Positions 10,769 through 21,157 of a DNA stretch of 64,000 nt are shown piece by piece; positions within the stretch are counted from its first letter, which is position 1; each line of letters starts with the position of its first letter. The notes beneath the pieces were generated by a model. It was not told where the DNA came from and ran no database searches. It saw nothing but the letters and a program-made list of their open reading frames with translations. Where the stretch lies: the NCBI GenBank assembly GCA_029856045.1, contig JAHQWG010000033.1, forward strand, positions 64,001 through 128,000. The letters run 5' to 3'. Made by a program: the position numbers and the translations under genes. This stretch comes from Promethearchaeia archaeon (GTDB lineage Archaea > Asgardarchaeota > Lokiarchaeia > Sigyniarchaeales > SOKP01).

Positions 10769-11806
10769 TCATAATTTAATTTTTAAGTCATAATTACAAT
10801 TAGCACATTTTCCATCTTTAGTTAAATTTTCTTTATCTATATCGAAAATATATCTTTTAATAACGAGTTTTCCACAATTAGGACAATAAGTATTTTCATA
10901 CTTATGCCCCGGAACATTTCCAATATAAATATAATCTAATCCAACCTGTTTTCCCATTTCATATGCACTTTCGAGAACTTTCACTGGTGTAGCTTCTTTT
11001 ATTCCATATTCGAGTGATTTATAGGCTGGATGGAATCTCGTTATATGCCAGGGGGTTTCATATCCTAAATCTTTATATATTCTTTCAGCAATCTCTTTAA
11101 AGGTGTCATGGTCAGAATTCATCCCTGGAATAACTAATGTTGTAATTTCTATATGCATTCCTAAATCTTTTGCTAACTTTGCATTTCTCCATATTTTCTC
11201 AACATCGGTTTTGCAATATTTCTTAATAAATTCTTGATTTCCTTTAATATCGATATTTAATGCATCTAAACCATTTTCAACAAGAGATTTAAGAACCATT
11301 TCGGTCATATATCCATTAGTAACATATGTATTATAAAGACCTTCTTTTTTAGCCAATTTAAAGACTTCCAAAGAATACTCAAATAATAACGTTGGTTCAT
11401 TAAAGGAAATTGAAGTGCCTTCACTTAATCTTGATTTTGCTAATTTAATTAATTCCTTAGGAGAAATAAAGAGATCTTTTGAATTAAAATTGTCCGGGCT
11501 TTGTTTTGAAATATCCCAATTTTGACACCAAAAACAATCAAAGTTGCAACTATAAGTTCCAATAGTTATTGCAGTGGTTCCCGGATGAAAATGGAAAAAT
11601 GGTTTCTTTTCAATTGGGTTATAAGAAAGAGATGATATCTTTCCAAATACAGTGGTATAAATTACACCTTTAATATTTTTTCTTGTTTTACATATTCCAA
11701 TATTTCCCTCCGATATTATACAACGATGTTCGCAAGTTAAACATTGGGAAATTTTTTTCCCTATCTCCTTCTGAAATATTCCTTTTTTAATGAATTCTGA
11801 GTTCAT
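10769..11806 (-). CDS. AmmeMemoRadiSam system radical SAM enzyme (PflX-like)
   Basis: CxxCxHxC N-terminus, PIEKKPFFHFHPG, CNFDCFWCQNWDISK, YIYIGNVPGH..NTYCPNCG. Confidence 0.92.
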   Translation of the reverse strand: MNSEFIKKGIFQKEIGKKISQCLTCEHRCIISEGNIGICKTRKNIKGVIYTTVFGKISSLSYNPIEKKPFFHFHPGTTAITIGTYSCNFDCFWCQNWDISKQSPDNFNSKDLFISPKELIKLAKSRLSEGTSISFNEPTLLFEYSLEVFKLAKKEGLYNTYVTNGYMTEMVLKSLVENGLDALNIDIKGNQEFIKKYCKTDVEKIWRNAKLAKDLGMHIEITTLVIPGMNSDHDTFKEIAERIYKDLGYETPWHITRFHPAYKSLEYGIKEATPVKVLESAYEMGKQVGLDYIYIGNVPGHKYENTYCPNCGKLVIKRYIFDIDKENLTKDGKCANCNYDLKIKL

Positions 11807-11895
11807 TTTGATGATAATAATTATAAAATTCTTTTTAAAAAAGATTATCCTATTAAATTATTTTTAACGGATTTAATTTATCCAACTAATAAATT

Positions 11896-12726
11896 TTAGG
11901 GAAGAAAAACAAAACCATTCATTTGCATAATAATTAGAGTAATGAAATAAATAAGAAGGAAATTTCCCATTAAAATTCCAACATCTTTTACGCCCTTTGT
12001 GGATCTCGTGGGATGTCTGAATGTATATAATGTACCGATTGGGAAAAGAACAAATGGTAAAAAGTAGACTATAGGATAAACAATGAATGTGCAGATTGCC
12101 ACTATTAATGTGATTATTGATGATACCCAGATTATTTTCTGTTGAGTTTTTAAAGAAAATCTTGTAATACTATCCCCATCTATAACCTCATGAACAAATT
12201 GACCTGTTATTGCGAAAGTAAAAAATGCAAACATTAAAAACCATTCAAATTCGCTCATAAGTGGTTCAGTTAATGGAATACCAATGTGATCTATTTTTAT
12301 CATAAAATATGGTAATACGATATGAGAAGCTCCGAGTAAGATGTGATTCAATATTGGAACTGATTTATATTTTACACAGTATAATAAAACCAGTATGATT
12401 ATAACAATAAGAAGGATGCCATTAATCCATTTTTCAATACATGTTCTTATTAGTAGTGTAAGCCCTAAAACAAATGTAACCAAACCTATTGTAAATATTT
12501 CCTTCCAATGATACCCCTCAACTCTTTCAATTGTCTCTATTTCATTAGGATCTCTCATATCCACTACATCATTCCAAGTATTACCCGTGATTGCGAGCAT
12601 TACAAATCCTACTATAATATCGATATGGTTCCAAATTAGGTATTTATTGATAAAAATTGCGATAAGAAGGGGAACAATGACCGAAAAAGTGTAATCAAGT
12701 CTTAATAAATCAATCCTGCGGGACAT
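11896..12726 (-). CDS. UbiA prenyltransferase family membrane protein
   Basis: Multi-TM protein with Asp-rich motifs WNDVVDMRD and HEVIDGD. Confidence 0.7.
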   Translation of the reverse strand: MSRRIDLLRLDYTFSVIVPLLIAIFINKYLIWNHIDIIVGFVMLAITGNTWNDVVDMRDPNEIETIERVEGYHWKEIFTIGLVTFVLGLTLLIRTCIEKWINGILLIVIIILVLLYCVKYKSVPILNHILLGASHIVLPYFMIKIDHIGIPLTEPLMSEFEWFLMFAFFTFAITGQFVHEVIDGDSITRFSLKTQQKIIWVSSIITLIVAICTFIVYPIVYFLPFVLFPIGTLYTFRHPTRSTKGVKDVGILMGNFLLIYFITLIIMQMNGFVFLP

Positions 12727-12808
12727 TTACATCACTTTTTATATTTAATTAGAAATTAAACTATTATATTATTAGTACTTTATGGTATTCATATAGAAAA
12801 CTCTATTC

Positions 12809-13612
12809 CTAAGGAAAAAACATTCTTATTGAACCAATTAATAAAACAATTGCTAAAATTATTGTTAGTTTTTTTCGAGATATTTTTTGAGATATTTTTG
12901 CACCAAAATATGCACCAATTAGACCTCCCGTCCCCATTAGAATTCCGATGATGAAATCAATCTTTCCCAACACTGATTTAACCATTACATTATAAATTGA
13001 AGTAAAAAAAATAATTCCTGTTGAATTTGCAGTTGCATAATAGATTGGAAATTGAAACATATAGTGTAAAGTTGGTGTATTAACAATTCCTCCTCCAATT
13101 CCCAATAAATTTGCAAGAAATCCTGCCAAAAGAAATAAAGGTATCCCTTTTTTTAAAATCTTTTTATGATTTTTAAACTCTAGGGAAAAATTCTCGCTTG
13201 CATTTGCACTTTCATTTGAATTGTTATTTGCTGGATCTTTTCTGAATATTAAGTTGATTGATACATAAATCATTACGCACGCAAAAATCAACCTCAATAG
13301 ATAATTATCTATTGGAGATATGATAAATAAAATAGTAGAGATTAAACTTCCTATAATAGTGAATATTGAACATATTAAACATAATCTTATGTTTATCCTC
13401 TTTTGTCTCTTGAGTAAAATAAATCCAAAGCCTGAGGAAATGAGAATAATTAGAGAGCTGGTTCCTACGGCGATATCTTCACTCACCGCAAAAATTATAG
13501 TCATCAATGGGACTGCTATTACGCCTCCCCCAATCCCTGATAAAACTGCGATTGTGCCTATTAGAATTCCAATTAAAAAGAGTAAGAGAAGAGTATACCA
13601 ATAATAGTCCAT
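12809..13612 (-). CDS. Sulfite exporter TauE/SafE family protein
   Basis: Two GIGGG repeats (SGIGGGVIAVP, LGIGGGIVNTP) and about 8 TM helices. Confidence 0.9.
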   Translation of the reverse strand: MDYYWYTLLLLFLIGILIGTIAVLSGIGGGVIAVPLMTIIFAVSEDIAVGTSSLIILISSGFGFILLKRQKRINIRLCLICSIFTIIGSLISTILFIISPIDNYLLRLIFACVMIYVSINLIFRKDPANNNSNESANASENFSLEFKNHKKILKKGIPLFLLAGFLANLLGIGGGIVNTPTLHYMFQFPIYYATANSTGIIFFTSIYNVMVKSVLGKIDFIIGILMGTGGLIGAYFGAKISQKISRKKLTIILAIVLLIGSIRMFFP

Positions 13613-13666
13613 AACTCGTTAAGTGATTCTTTTCTTTTATGGTTTCTTAATCTTTATAATAAAGCT

Positions 13667-14458
13667 TTAATCATTTTTTTGGAAAAACATAGATATGTTC
13701 ATAACACTTCTTAAAGGACGATATGTAGCATCTATTTTCATCAAAATCGAACTGAATTTAATAAACTTTTTCCAAAAACTTCTAAAAACTAGGTTATCGT
13801 TATATTTTGTTCGTAATTTAATTAAATTTTTTTCAACTTTATCTGGATTTACTGCTTGAATTTCAGAAATTTTCATCAATTGTCCGTAAATTCCAAAAGT
13901 TCTAATTTCTTTAAAGCCATTAACTTCAAACATATCTTTCAATTCTTTTATTTCATATCTACGATAATGACCAATAATTTTATCTTGTTGAGTATAATAC
14001 TTTTTTCGGTGAGGTACAGTAATTACGACAATTCCTTTGGGTTTTATTACCCTACTAATTTCTTTTATGGCAGCTTTATCATTTTTTATATGTTCAAGCA
14101 CATCTAAAGCAATAATTAAATCAAATTGATTTGCTTGATATGGCAGCTGAACCATATCAACGCAAATTGGATGCATTTTATAATCAGGTTTATTTTGCAA
14201 TTTTCTATTTATTGTTATATATTGTTTTAAGGGAGTTATAGCTATATCTAAAAATGATTTATGAATAATCATTTCACAAAAATAAAGAAATGAATCGCCA
14301 GAACATCCAATTTCTAAAGCATTAGTAAATTTCCTTTTTGATCCCAAATTTTTAAGAAGTAAATCGAATTTACATCTTATACCTGGAGATAGATAATATT
14401 CTGATGATGTTCTCAATGAAAAATTTTTGTGACCTTCATAAAATTCTTTATATTTCAT
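13667..14458 (-). CDS. Class I SAM-dependent methyltransferase
   Basis: ALEIGCSG, FDLIIALDVLEHI, RVIKPKG, GHYRRY. Confidence 0.88.
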   Translation of the reverse strand: MKYKEFYEGHKNFSLRTSSEYYLSPGIRCKFDLLLKNLGSKRKFTNALEIGCSGDSFLYFCEMIIHKSFLDIAITPLKQYITINRKLQNKPDYKMHPICVDMVQLPYQANQFDLIIALDVLEHIKNDKAAIKEISRVIKPKGIVVITVPHRKKYYTQQDKIIGHYRRYEIKELKDMFEVNGFKEIRTFGIYGQLMKISEIQAVNPDKVEKNLIKLRTKYNDNLVFRSFWKKFIKFSSILMKIDATYRPLRSVMNISMFFQKND

Positions 14459-14585
14459 TATTTACCAAAAAAATTTCCTCTCAATTAATATAGAAAAATG
14501 ATATATTAATTTTGTTTAAAATTTTTGATTAATACTAATAATTTTTCCAAAAATTCTTTAACTCTGAGTAATTCATTCAGTTATA

Positions 14586-15455
14586 ATGCTAATTGGGGAT
14601 GAATTTGCTTTTCTTGCGATTTTTTTTGGTCTCGGTATAGGAATTATCGCGTCAATGGTTGGTCTAGGTGGTGGCATTCTAATTATACCTACTTTTATAT
14701 TTATTTTTGGATTTCCTGTTAAAGATTCTATTGTTATCTCACTATTCTTTATGACTGGGACAGTAATAAGCGCGTCAATTAGGTATATGAAATTTAAATT
14801 GGTTAATTATAGACTAGCGTTATTATATAGTATTTGGGATGTTCCAGGGGTGATAGTCGGCGGCCTTATTACTTTAGTAGTAACTAACAATATTTTAGCT
14901 TGTCTTTGTGGCTTAGTAATAATGATTTTGAGTATTTTGCTCTTTAGAAGAAAGGAAATTGAAGTGAGTACTCAGCATATCTCTAAAAACAATGAATCTA
15001 TAAATGTATTGCCTAAGAATTCAAATGATAGATTAAAATCAACAACTACAATTAAGGGGAAAAAAAATCGTGTGGAAAGTTTTGCTTTTGCCTCTTTTAG
15101 TTCATTTTCTGGCGGATTAATTTCGGGGCTTGTAGGTTTAGGTGGTGGCACTGTTGATACCACTTCAATGATACTTCTCGATTTAGAACCAAAAGAAGCT
15201 GCTGCTACAGGTACATTAGGTAATATAGTGAGTCCATTTTCTGGATTAGTTGTTCATCTCTTATTGGGCTCTTACACAAGTTCATGGTTATGGCCAATTT
15301 TAGGGACATTAGGAGGAATTGTTGGTGCTCAAATTGGAGTATATTTAACCTCTCGAGTTAAAGGTAATGTAATACGGAAAATACTTGCTTGTTTAGCGTT
15401 TTATACGGGAATATTGATGATCTTTTCATTTTTTGGAATAAGTTGGATCCAATAA
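14586..15455 (+). CDS. Sulfite exporter TauE/SafE family protein
   Basis: VGLGGGILIIP and VGLGGGTV repeats; multi-TM. Confidence 0.9.
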   Translation: MLIGDEFAFLAIFFGLGIGIIASMVGLGGGILIIPTFIFIFGFPVKDSIVISLFFMTGTVISASIRYMKFKLVNYRLALLYSIWDVPGVIVGGLITLVVTNNILACLCGLVIMILSILLFRRKEIEVSTQHISKNNESINVLPKNSNDRLKSTTTIKGKKNRVESFAFASFSSFSGGLISGLVGLGGGTVDTTSMILLDLEPKEAAATGTLGNIVSPFSGLVVHLLLGSYTSSWLWPILGTLGGIVGAQIGVYLTSRVKGNVIRKILACLAFYTGILMIFSFFGISWIQ

Positions 15456-15533
15456 AACTGAATAACAATGATTTAAATTAAATAATCCCGTAATAAAGAA
15501 ATATATCAATAAAAAATATGTGAGTTTTAAATT

Positions 15534-16076
15534 ATGAAGTGTCCTCATTGTGATGCGGAAATAGGCGAGGATTTGGATGAATGTCCTTTCTGTTATGCTG
15601 ATTTAACTGCACCTCCAGTTGCACAAGATATCTCTCAGGTAGGTGTATCAACGTTAGATTCATATTCAATTGGTCATGTTGCAATGGGTGTAATGGCATG
15701 GTTGATTATTTCTTTAGGATATTCTATTTATCAATATTATGGTCTTCCCCCACTTTTTGAATTATGGGTTGTTTTTCTTTTAACATTATTATTTGCCGTT
15801 GTTTGGGAATTATTTGAAAATGTTATTCTATTTAAAGCTGGATTAAAATTCGAAAGTCGCAGGGATTCTATACTAAATAGTATTTGGGATATTCTTTTTG
15901 TAGTTTTGGGAGCAGTAATATTCTGGATTTTTTGGTATTTTTATGTAGAAGTAGCTAAAAATGCTGGACGTTGGTATTATTTAATTGGCTTTATAACGTT
16001 CACACTCTTAGTAATAATCTTTATATTTTCACTCAAATTCATAAAAAAAACTTCTGAAAAGAAGTGGATATCATAA
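15534..16076 (+). CDS. Zinc-ribbon plus membrane domain protein (DUF2585-like)
   Basis: N-terminal CPHC..CPFC; DSYSIGH, WELFEN and DSILNSIWD motifs within TM segments. Confidence 0.6.
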   Translation: MKCPHCDAEIGEDLDECPFCYADLTAPPVAQDISQVGVSTLDSYSIGHVAMGVMAWLIISLGYSIYQYYGLPPLFELWVVFLLTLLFAVVWELFENVILFKAGLKFESRRDSILNSIWDILFVVLGAVIFWIFWYFYVEVAKNAGRWYYLIGFITFTLLVIIFIFSLKFIKKTSEKKWIS

Positions 16077-16520
16077 CATAAATTTAATTAATTCTTTTTT
16101 ATTTTAATTTCCAAATTAATGTTATATGAAAAATTAGATATCTATAACCGAAAAAACTAAAAGATTTGCTTTTTTCTCTAGAAATAATTTAAATTTTCTT
16201 CATAAATCATATAAAATTTATTTTCCTCTAAATTATGAAAAATTATAAGGATTAATAATGCGTTAATAAACCAACCCATTTTCTCGAAAAATCGAAAATT
16301 ATGAATCAAAATAAAAACAAATTTAAAATTCAAAAAAACTTCGATTTTTGTCTGCAGTAAACTTAAAAAAAAATTTTTATATTTCTTAAGAATTATGGAT
16401 TATTTTCTTTTTTTCTTTAATTTATTTGAATTTATATAAAAATACTCTATTTTAATTCAATTAATTTTGAAATATAATTACTATTTATTCTCTAATCATT
16501 TCAAACATTCATATTTTTTG

Positions 16521-16540
16521 GAGAAAAGTTTATATATAGA
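16521..16540 (+). promoter_or_regulatory. Archaeal BRE-TATA promoter candidate
   Basis: gagaaaag-TTTATATA, about 23 nt upstream of the structured element starting at 16559. Confidence 0.4.
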
Positions 16541-16558
16541 TTGGGATATAGATATAAT

Positions 16559-16700
16559 GTAAGAAATTTTATAAAAAAAAATTGGAATGCATTGGAAATA
16601 ATGGATTTTTTGCCATAATTTATTCCTCCGCTAATATTGAATGGTAATTGATCATTAATTTATAATTCCTTTTTCCTCTTGCATTCCAATCCTTTCTTAC
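16559..16700 (+). ncRNA. Candidate structured ncRNA or 5' leader upstream of cobO
   Basis: Nested inverted repeats: gtaagaaa (16559-66)/tttcttac (16693-700) and attggaatgca (16581-91)/tgcattccaat (16680-90), with an inner ggaa..atgg/ccat..ttcc hairpin. Confidence 0.4.
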
Positions 16701-16934
16701 TTTCCAGATTTATATTATCGAAATTTTTAATATTATTTAAATATAAAAATTAAAATCCTATTTCAATTTCTTTTAAAATTCTATTTAATTTTTAAAGAGT
16801 TAATTTGGAAATGTAAGACAATTTTAATAATTTCATTGAAAATTTTTAAAGTACAGATAATTTTGCATTATTATAACTTACATTTATTCAAATGATTAAA
16901 AAAGGAGTCGATAAATATTCGAAAAAGGTTAAAA

Positions 16935-17450
16935 TTGGGTTTAATTCAACTATATTTTGGTAGAGGAAAAGGAAAAACTACTGCTGCGATAGGTCTCGGC
17001 TTACGCGCTTCAGGACATGGATTCAAAGTAAATATGATTCAATTTATGAAAGGAAACACAAAGTACGGAGAATTAAATGCCGTCAAAGGAATTGAAAATT
17101 TTGAAATACACCAGTTTGGAAGAATGGATCTAATAATGGAACCTGAGAAAATTGATATCGAAGAAGGCAAAAAAGCCCTAAAATACGCAGAAGAAATTAT
17201 TATGAGCGATAACTATGATCTCGTGATACTTGATGAAATTGGAGTTGCTCTTGAAATGCATATAATCAAGATTGATGATGTGATGAATTTAATTGAAAAA
17301 AAACCTGAAAAAGTTGAATTAATTTTAACTGGTGGGCAAAAAATCCATCCCAAAATAAAAGAAATAGCAGACCTAATAACTGAAATGAAGATGGTAAAAC
17401 ATTATTTTTCAACAGATGGAATACAAGCTCGCCTTGGAATTGAATTCTAA
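16935..17450 (+). CDS. cobO: Cob(I)alamin adenosyltransferase (CobO/BtuR)
   Basis: GLIQLYFGRGKGKTTAAIG, IQFMKG, DLVILDE, ELILTG, ADLITEM..KHYF..G..ARLGIEF; TTG start. Confidence 0.95.
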   Translation: MGLIQLYFGRGKGKTTAAIGLGLRASGHGFKVNMIQFMKGNTKYGELNAVKGIENFEIHQFGRMDLIMEPEKIDIEEGKKALKYAEEIIMSDNYDLVILDEIGVALEMHIIKIDDVMNLIEKKPEKVELILTGGQKIHPKIKEIADLITEMKMVKHYFSTDGIQARLGIEF

Positions 17451-17482
17451 CTGGAATATTAAAAGGATTACTAATTAACAAA

Positions 17483-18658
17483 ATGCTATATCATAAACAT
17501 ACCTATTTAATATGGTTATTAAGTCTCTCAACTATTCTAACTTCTTTTTATTTGCTCCAAATTGGAAAATCATATGCTCCAAATATTTCTTTTTTTAATA
17601 ACAATAATTATTTTCAATTTAATTCTACAAATGCATATAATATAATTGAAACCCAACTTAATTTTGGATTTCGAATTCCAGGAACTGAATCTAGTAAAAA
17701 TTGTGGAGATTATTTTATTGAACACATCAATACAATATCACCCACGCTTCCAATTTTTCAACATAATTTTAGTGTAAATACAATAAATTGTCGGAATTTT
17801 CTTATAACTATTAATCCCAATAACCCTCGCATAATAATCCTCGGAGCACATTATGATAGTAGAGCAATCTCTGAAAAAGATCCTACTGTAGATAAAAGAA
17901 ATGAACCATGTCCGGGAGCAAATGATGGAGCAAGTGGAGTTGCCACACTCTTGGAATTGATTAGAATTTTCTATGAAAAAAGAGAATCCCTAAATTGTTC
18001 AATATGGATTTTATTATTTGACGCTGAAGACCAAGGTAATGGAGCCTTGTCTGGTTGGGATTGGTGTGAAGGATCAAAAAAATTTGTTGAAAATATTAAT
18101 AATTATTATAATCCTGAAACCCAATCAATTGAAGCAATGATTTTGTTAGATATGGTTGGTGGGATAAATTTAGAATTTATTAATGAATTGAATTCGAATA
18201 TGCTATTACTTGGTGAATTATTTGAAATTGGAAGATCTTTAGGATTTTTAGATGCATTCCCATCTGATCCGGTATCTAACGCAATAACTGATGATCATTT
18301 ACCGTTTAAAGAACTTGAAATACCAGTAGCTGATTTGATTATTAACTTTTGGAGTCCATCAAGTCCCTGGCCTTATCATCATACAACATCGGATAATATC
18401 AGTCATATTTCACTAGGAAGTCTTGAAATAACAGGAAAAACGGTCGAAAAATTTATCTACAATCATTATTTCAACAGCCCCGAATATGAAAATGACTCAG
18501 GATATTATCCATGGAAAGATATCAATGGAAATTTCAATTTAGATATCACATATTATATTATTTTTTTTGTATTAATTGTTGGAATAGGAATTTCACTAAT
18601 AATTATCAAAAAGAGAAATAAATTTCAAAAACCTAATAATAAGATAAAATTGAAATAA
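17483..18658 (+). CDS. M28 family peptidase / glutaminyl cyclase-like, secreted with a C-terminal TM anchor
   Basis: GAHYDSR, GANDGASGVA, FDAED, LLDMVG, DDHLPF, HHTTSD; N- and C-terminal hydrophobic helices. Confidence 0.9.
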   Translation: MLYHKHTYLIWLLSLSTILTSFYLLQIGKSYAPNISFFNNNNYFQFNSTNAYNIIETQLNFGFRIPGTESSKNCGDYFIEHINTISPTLPIFQHNFSVNTINCRNFLITINPNNPRIIILGAHYDSRAISEKDPTVDKRNEPCPGANDGASGVATLLELIRIFYEKRESLNCSIWILLFDAEDQGNGALSGWDWCEGSKKFVENINNYYNPETQSIEAMILLDMVGGINLEFINELNSNMLLLGELFEIGRSLGFLDAFPSDPVSNAITDDHLPFKELEIPVADLIINFWSPSSPWPYHHTTSDNISHISLGSLEITGKTVEKFIYNHYFNSPEYENDSGYYPWKDINGNFNLDITYYIIFFVLIVGIGISLIIIKKRNKFQKPNNKIKLK

Positions 18659-18750
18659 TTCTAATTATTATGATAAATTAAAATCGTATTAGTTATACTT
18701 TAAATTCCAGAAATTTAATTTTTATTTAAAATGGAATAATTGTTGAGATT

Positions 18751-19503
18751 ATGGAAAATAATAAAAAGATTTCCAATTCTGAAAATGGAGAATTGAAGAA
18801 AAAAAAGTTATCTAAAAGAATCATAATTGGCATATTAATAGTTGTAATTGGATTTGGAAGCCCTTTTATTATAAATTTCTTAATGCAAGCCATTCTTCAA
18901 ACTCAACACCCACTTGTTGTAGTAGTATCTGATTCTATGAATCCAGCAATTTATCGAGGCGATTTATTGATCTTGCAAGGAAAAAATCCCATAGATATCG
19001 TAAATGGAACAATCGAGGGAAAAAATGGCGATATAATTGTGTATGATGCACATGGGGTATGGGATGAATGGCCAAATGGTCAAGTTCCGGATGAACCAAT
19101 AGTTCATAGAATAGTTAATAAATGGTTTGATAATTCTACTGGAAAATGGATGTTCTATACTAAAGGAGATAATGATGTTACAAATACTAATATTGACCCA
19201 CCTGATGGATATTCTCAATTTGATTATAAATATCCAGTTCCAGAAGATAAGATACTTGGTGTTGTTATTGGACGAGTTCCATATATTGGCTATTTTAATA
19301 TTTTCTTATCAGAAAATAATATATTTCTATATCTGATAATCGGGATTCTTGGCACTTTATTAATAATTTCTGTTTTATGGGATATTATAAGCCCCGAAAA
19401 AGAGAAAGAGAAAGAAAAAGAATCTAAACTTATAAAGGAAAAAGATAAGGAACGACGATTAAATTCTGAAAAAATCATAATTCAAGATGAATTTGAAGAA
19501 TAG
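18751..19503 (+). CDS. Signal peptidase I, archaeal/ER (Sec11) type
   Basis: VVVSDSMNP (catalytic Ser), RGDL, PIVHRI (His), TKGDN, RVPYIGY. Confidence 0.93.
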   Translation: MENNKKISNSENGELKKKKLSKRIIIGILIVVIGFGSPFIINFLMQAILQTQHPLVVVVSDSMNPAIYRGDLLILQGKNPIDIVNGTIEGKNGDIIVYDAHGVWDEWPNGQVPDEPIVHRIVNKWFDNSTGKWMFYTKGDNDVTNTNIDPPDGYSQFDYKYPVPEDKILGVVIGRVPYIGYFNIFLSENNIFLYLIIGILGTLLIISVLWDIISPEKEKEKEKESKLIKEKDKERRLNSEKIIIQDEFEE

Positions 19504-19584
19504 AAGAATAAATTTTTTTGAATTATTTTACATCAATATTGGATATAAAAGAAAAATTTTAAAATTAATATACTTTTTTTGAAT

Positions 19585-19606
19585 ATAATGTTCTTTTGAA
19601 CATTAT
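19585..19606. promoter_or_regulatory. Perfect 9-bp inverted repeat upstream of alba (operator or 5' hairpin)
   Basis: ataatgttc-tttt-gaacattat, just downstream of TATA-like ttaatata (19565-72). Confidence 0.4.
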
Positions 19607-19693
19607 TAATTGATTAATAACATAAAAAACTCTGCACACGCAGAATTACTATTAAACAATAAAACGAGAATAAATTAAAGAGAGGTTAAAAAA

Positions 19694-19978
19694 ATGGCTG
19701 GAAATGATCAACAAAATGCTGTCTTCGTTGGACGAAGGCCCACAATGAATTATGTCATGGCTACAATGATGGTACTTAACAGAGGCGATGAATGCACAGT
19801 AAAGGCACGAGGAAGAGCAATTTCTCATGCTGTAGATGTTTGCGAAATCCTTCGCAACCGATTCTTAAAGGGAACAGAATACGGAGATATTATCTTGGGC
19901 ACAGAGGAATTAGAAGGTGAAGGTGGGCAAAAAAATAATGTAAGTTCCATCGAAATTACATTGAAACCACCAAAATAA
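19694..19978 (+). CDS. albA: DNA/RNA-binding chromatin protein Alba
   Basis: VFVGRRPTMNYV, VKARGRAISHAVDV, NVSSIEITL; SD-like gaggt upstream. Confidence 0.96.
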   Translation: MAGNDQQNAVFVGRRPTMNYVMATMMVLNRGDECTVKARGRAISHAVDVCEILRNRFLKGTEYGDIILGTEELEGEGGQKNNVSSIEITLKPPK

Positions 19979-20251
19979 AATACCTAAACTAGAAAACGTC
20001 GTTACATCGACAATACTTATCTACTTTTTTTTTTTATTTTAACCCAAAATGATTATTTTAATTAAATCTCTATATTAAATGTTCATTTTTAATAAATAGT
20101 TATTTGTATCGTAATTAGAATATTTAAATCAAGCCCATCCTGTACAAAATCTCAAACCAGGGGTAATCTCTATATGATAATAAAAAATTTAGCATAAATT
20201 TATAGAAAATATATAAATATGTTTTTATATTTTTTATAATTTATATATAAT

Positions 20252-20581
20252 ATGACAACCCGAACTACAGTAGCAATTGATAAAGAATTAAGAAAAAGGC
20301 TTAGAAAATTATCTGCATGGCTTGATATTACGCAAGCTGAGGTTATTAAACGTGCATTATCATTATTTGAAAAAGAAATTATTCAAAATATGCAAACACC
20401 TAAAAAGCAAAATTATAATAAAAAATCTGAATCCGATATAGAAAAAATACTAAAAGATGCAACAAAAGTTATTTGGGAAAAAGACCCAGAAAGAAGGACT
20501 TTACAACGGAAATTATCTGCCGGACCTGAAATAATTGATGATTTTATTCTAGATAATTGGTATACGGGATTGGAAGAATGA
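20252..20581 (+). CDS. Ribbon-helix-helix antitoxin (VapB-like)
   Basis: RTTVAIDKELRKRLRKLS..TQAEVIKRAL; its stop overlaps the PIN gene start (ATGA). Confidence 0.72.
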   Translation: MTTRTTVAIDKELRKRLRKLSAWLDITQAEVIKRALSLFEKEIIQNMQTPKKQNYNKKSESDIEKILKDATKVIWEKDPERRTLQRKLSAGPEIIDDFILDNWYTGLEE

Positions 20582-21018
20582 TATTACAAAACACAACAAC
20601 AAAATTAGATAAAAATAAAAATTGGTTAGCTCTCGATTCTAACGTATTTAGGAATCTAGATTTTATTAACTTTTTAACTCTAAAGAAATTAGAGTTTCAT
20701 ATTTTTATGCCTACTATTGTTCAATTAGAAGTGGGATACTATTATAAAGCGCGAGGAATTACATGGGAAGAATTTAAAAAAGACATACAAAAATTTGGTG
20801 GCATTTTCATACAATGGGATAATAAATTAATTCCAGAAGCAATTCGATTTGCCTTTATTGAAAAAAAACATCTCCCCTTCAAAAAACACTTTCGAGATTT
20901 TTTAATAGGTGTTGAGTGTAAAAATATTCCCACTCCATTAATTACATATAATAAAAATCATTTTACTTGGTTGAAAGATATTAATATCTATACACCAGAA
21001 GAATATCTCCACAAATAA
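20578..21018 (+). CDS. PIN-domain toxin (VapC-like)
   Basis: LALDSNVF, IVQLEV, FRDFLIG, LITYNKNHF; ATG at 20578 is coupled to the antitoxin stop (the ORF track starts at an upstream TTG, 20557). Confidence 0.85.
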   Translation: MILQNTTTKLDKNKNWLALDSNVFRNLDFINFLTLKKLEFHIFMPTIVQLEVGYYYKARGITWEEFKKDIQKFGGIFIQWDNKLIPEAIRFAFIEKKHLPFKKHFRDFLIGVECKNIPTPLITYNKNHFTWLKDINIYTPEEYLHK

Positions 21019-21157
21019 AACTTAAATAGGGATTAATTTTTTATTTTGATAGATTTTTTTTAAAAAAACCTAATTATAGTAGATTTAAAATTAATAATAA
21101 TTTTAAAATTGATTAGATTATTTCATAAAATAGGTTTTTAAAAGGATTTGAAAAATT

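Noticed and set aside
16077-16520. Long AT-rich gap as a possible replication origin
   Set aside because: No convincing ORB repeats and no cdc6/orc1 gene nearby; the short repeats are explained by low complexity
19395-19421. EKEKEKEKE-coding microsatellite in the signal peptidase tail
   Set aside because: Ordinary low-complexity charged tail
20201-20238. Long imperfect palindrome upstream of the vapBC pair
   Set aside because: Composed almost entirely of A/T, so it cannot be distinguished from background, although an operator is plausible
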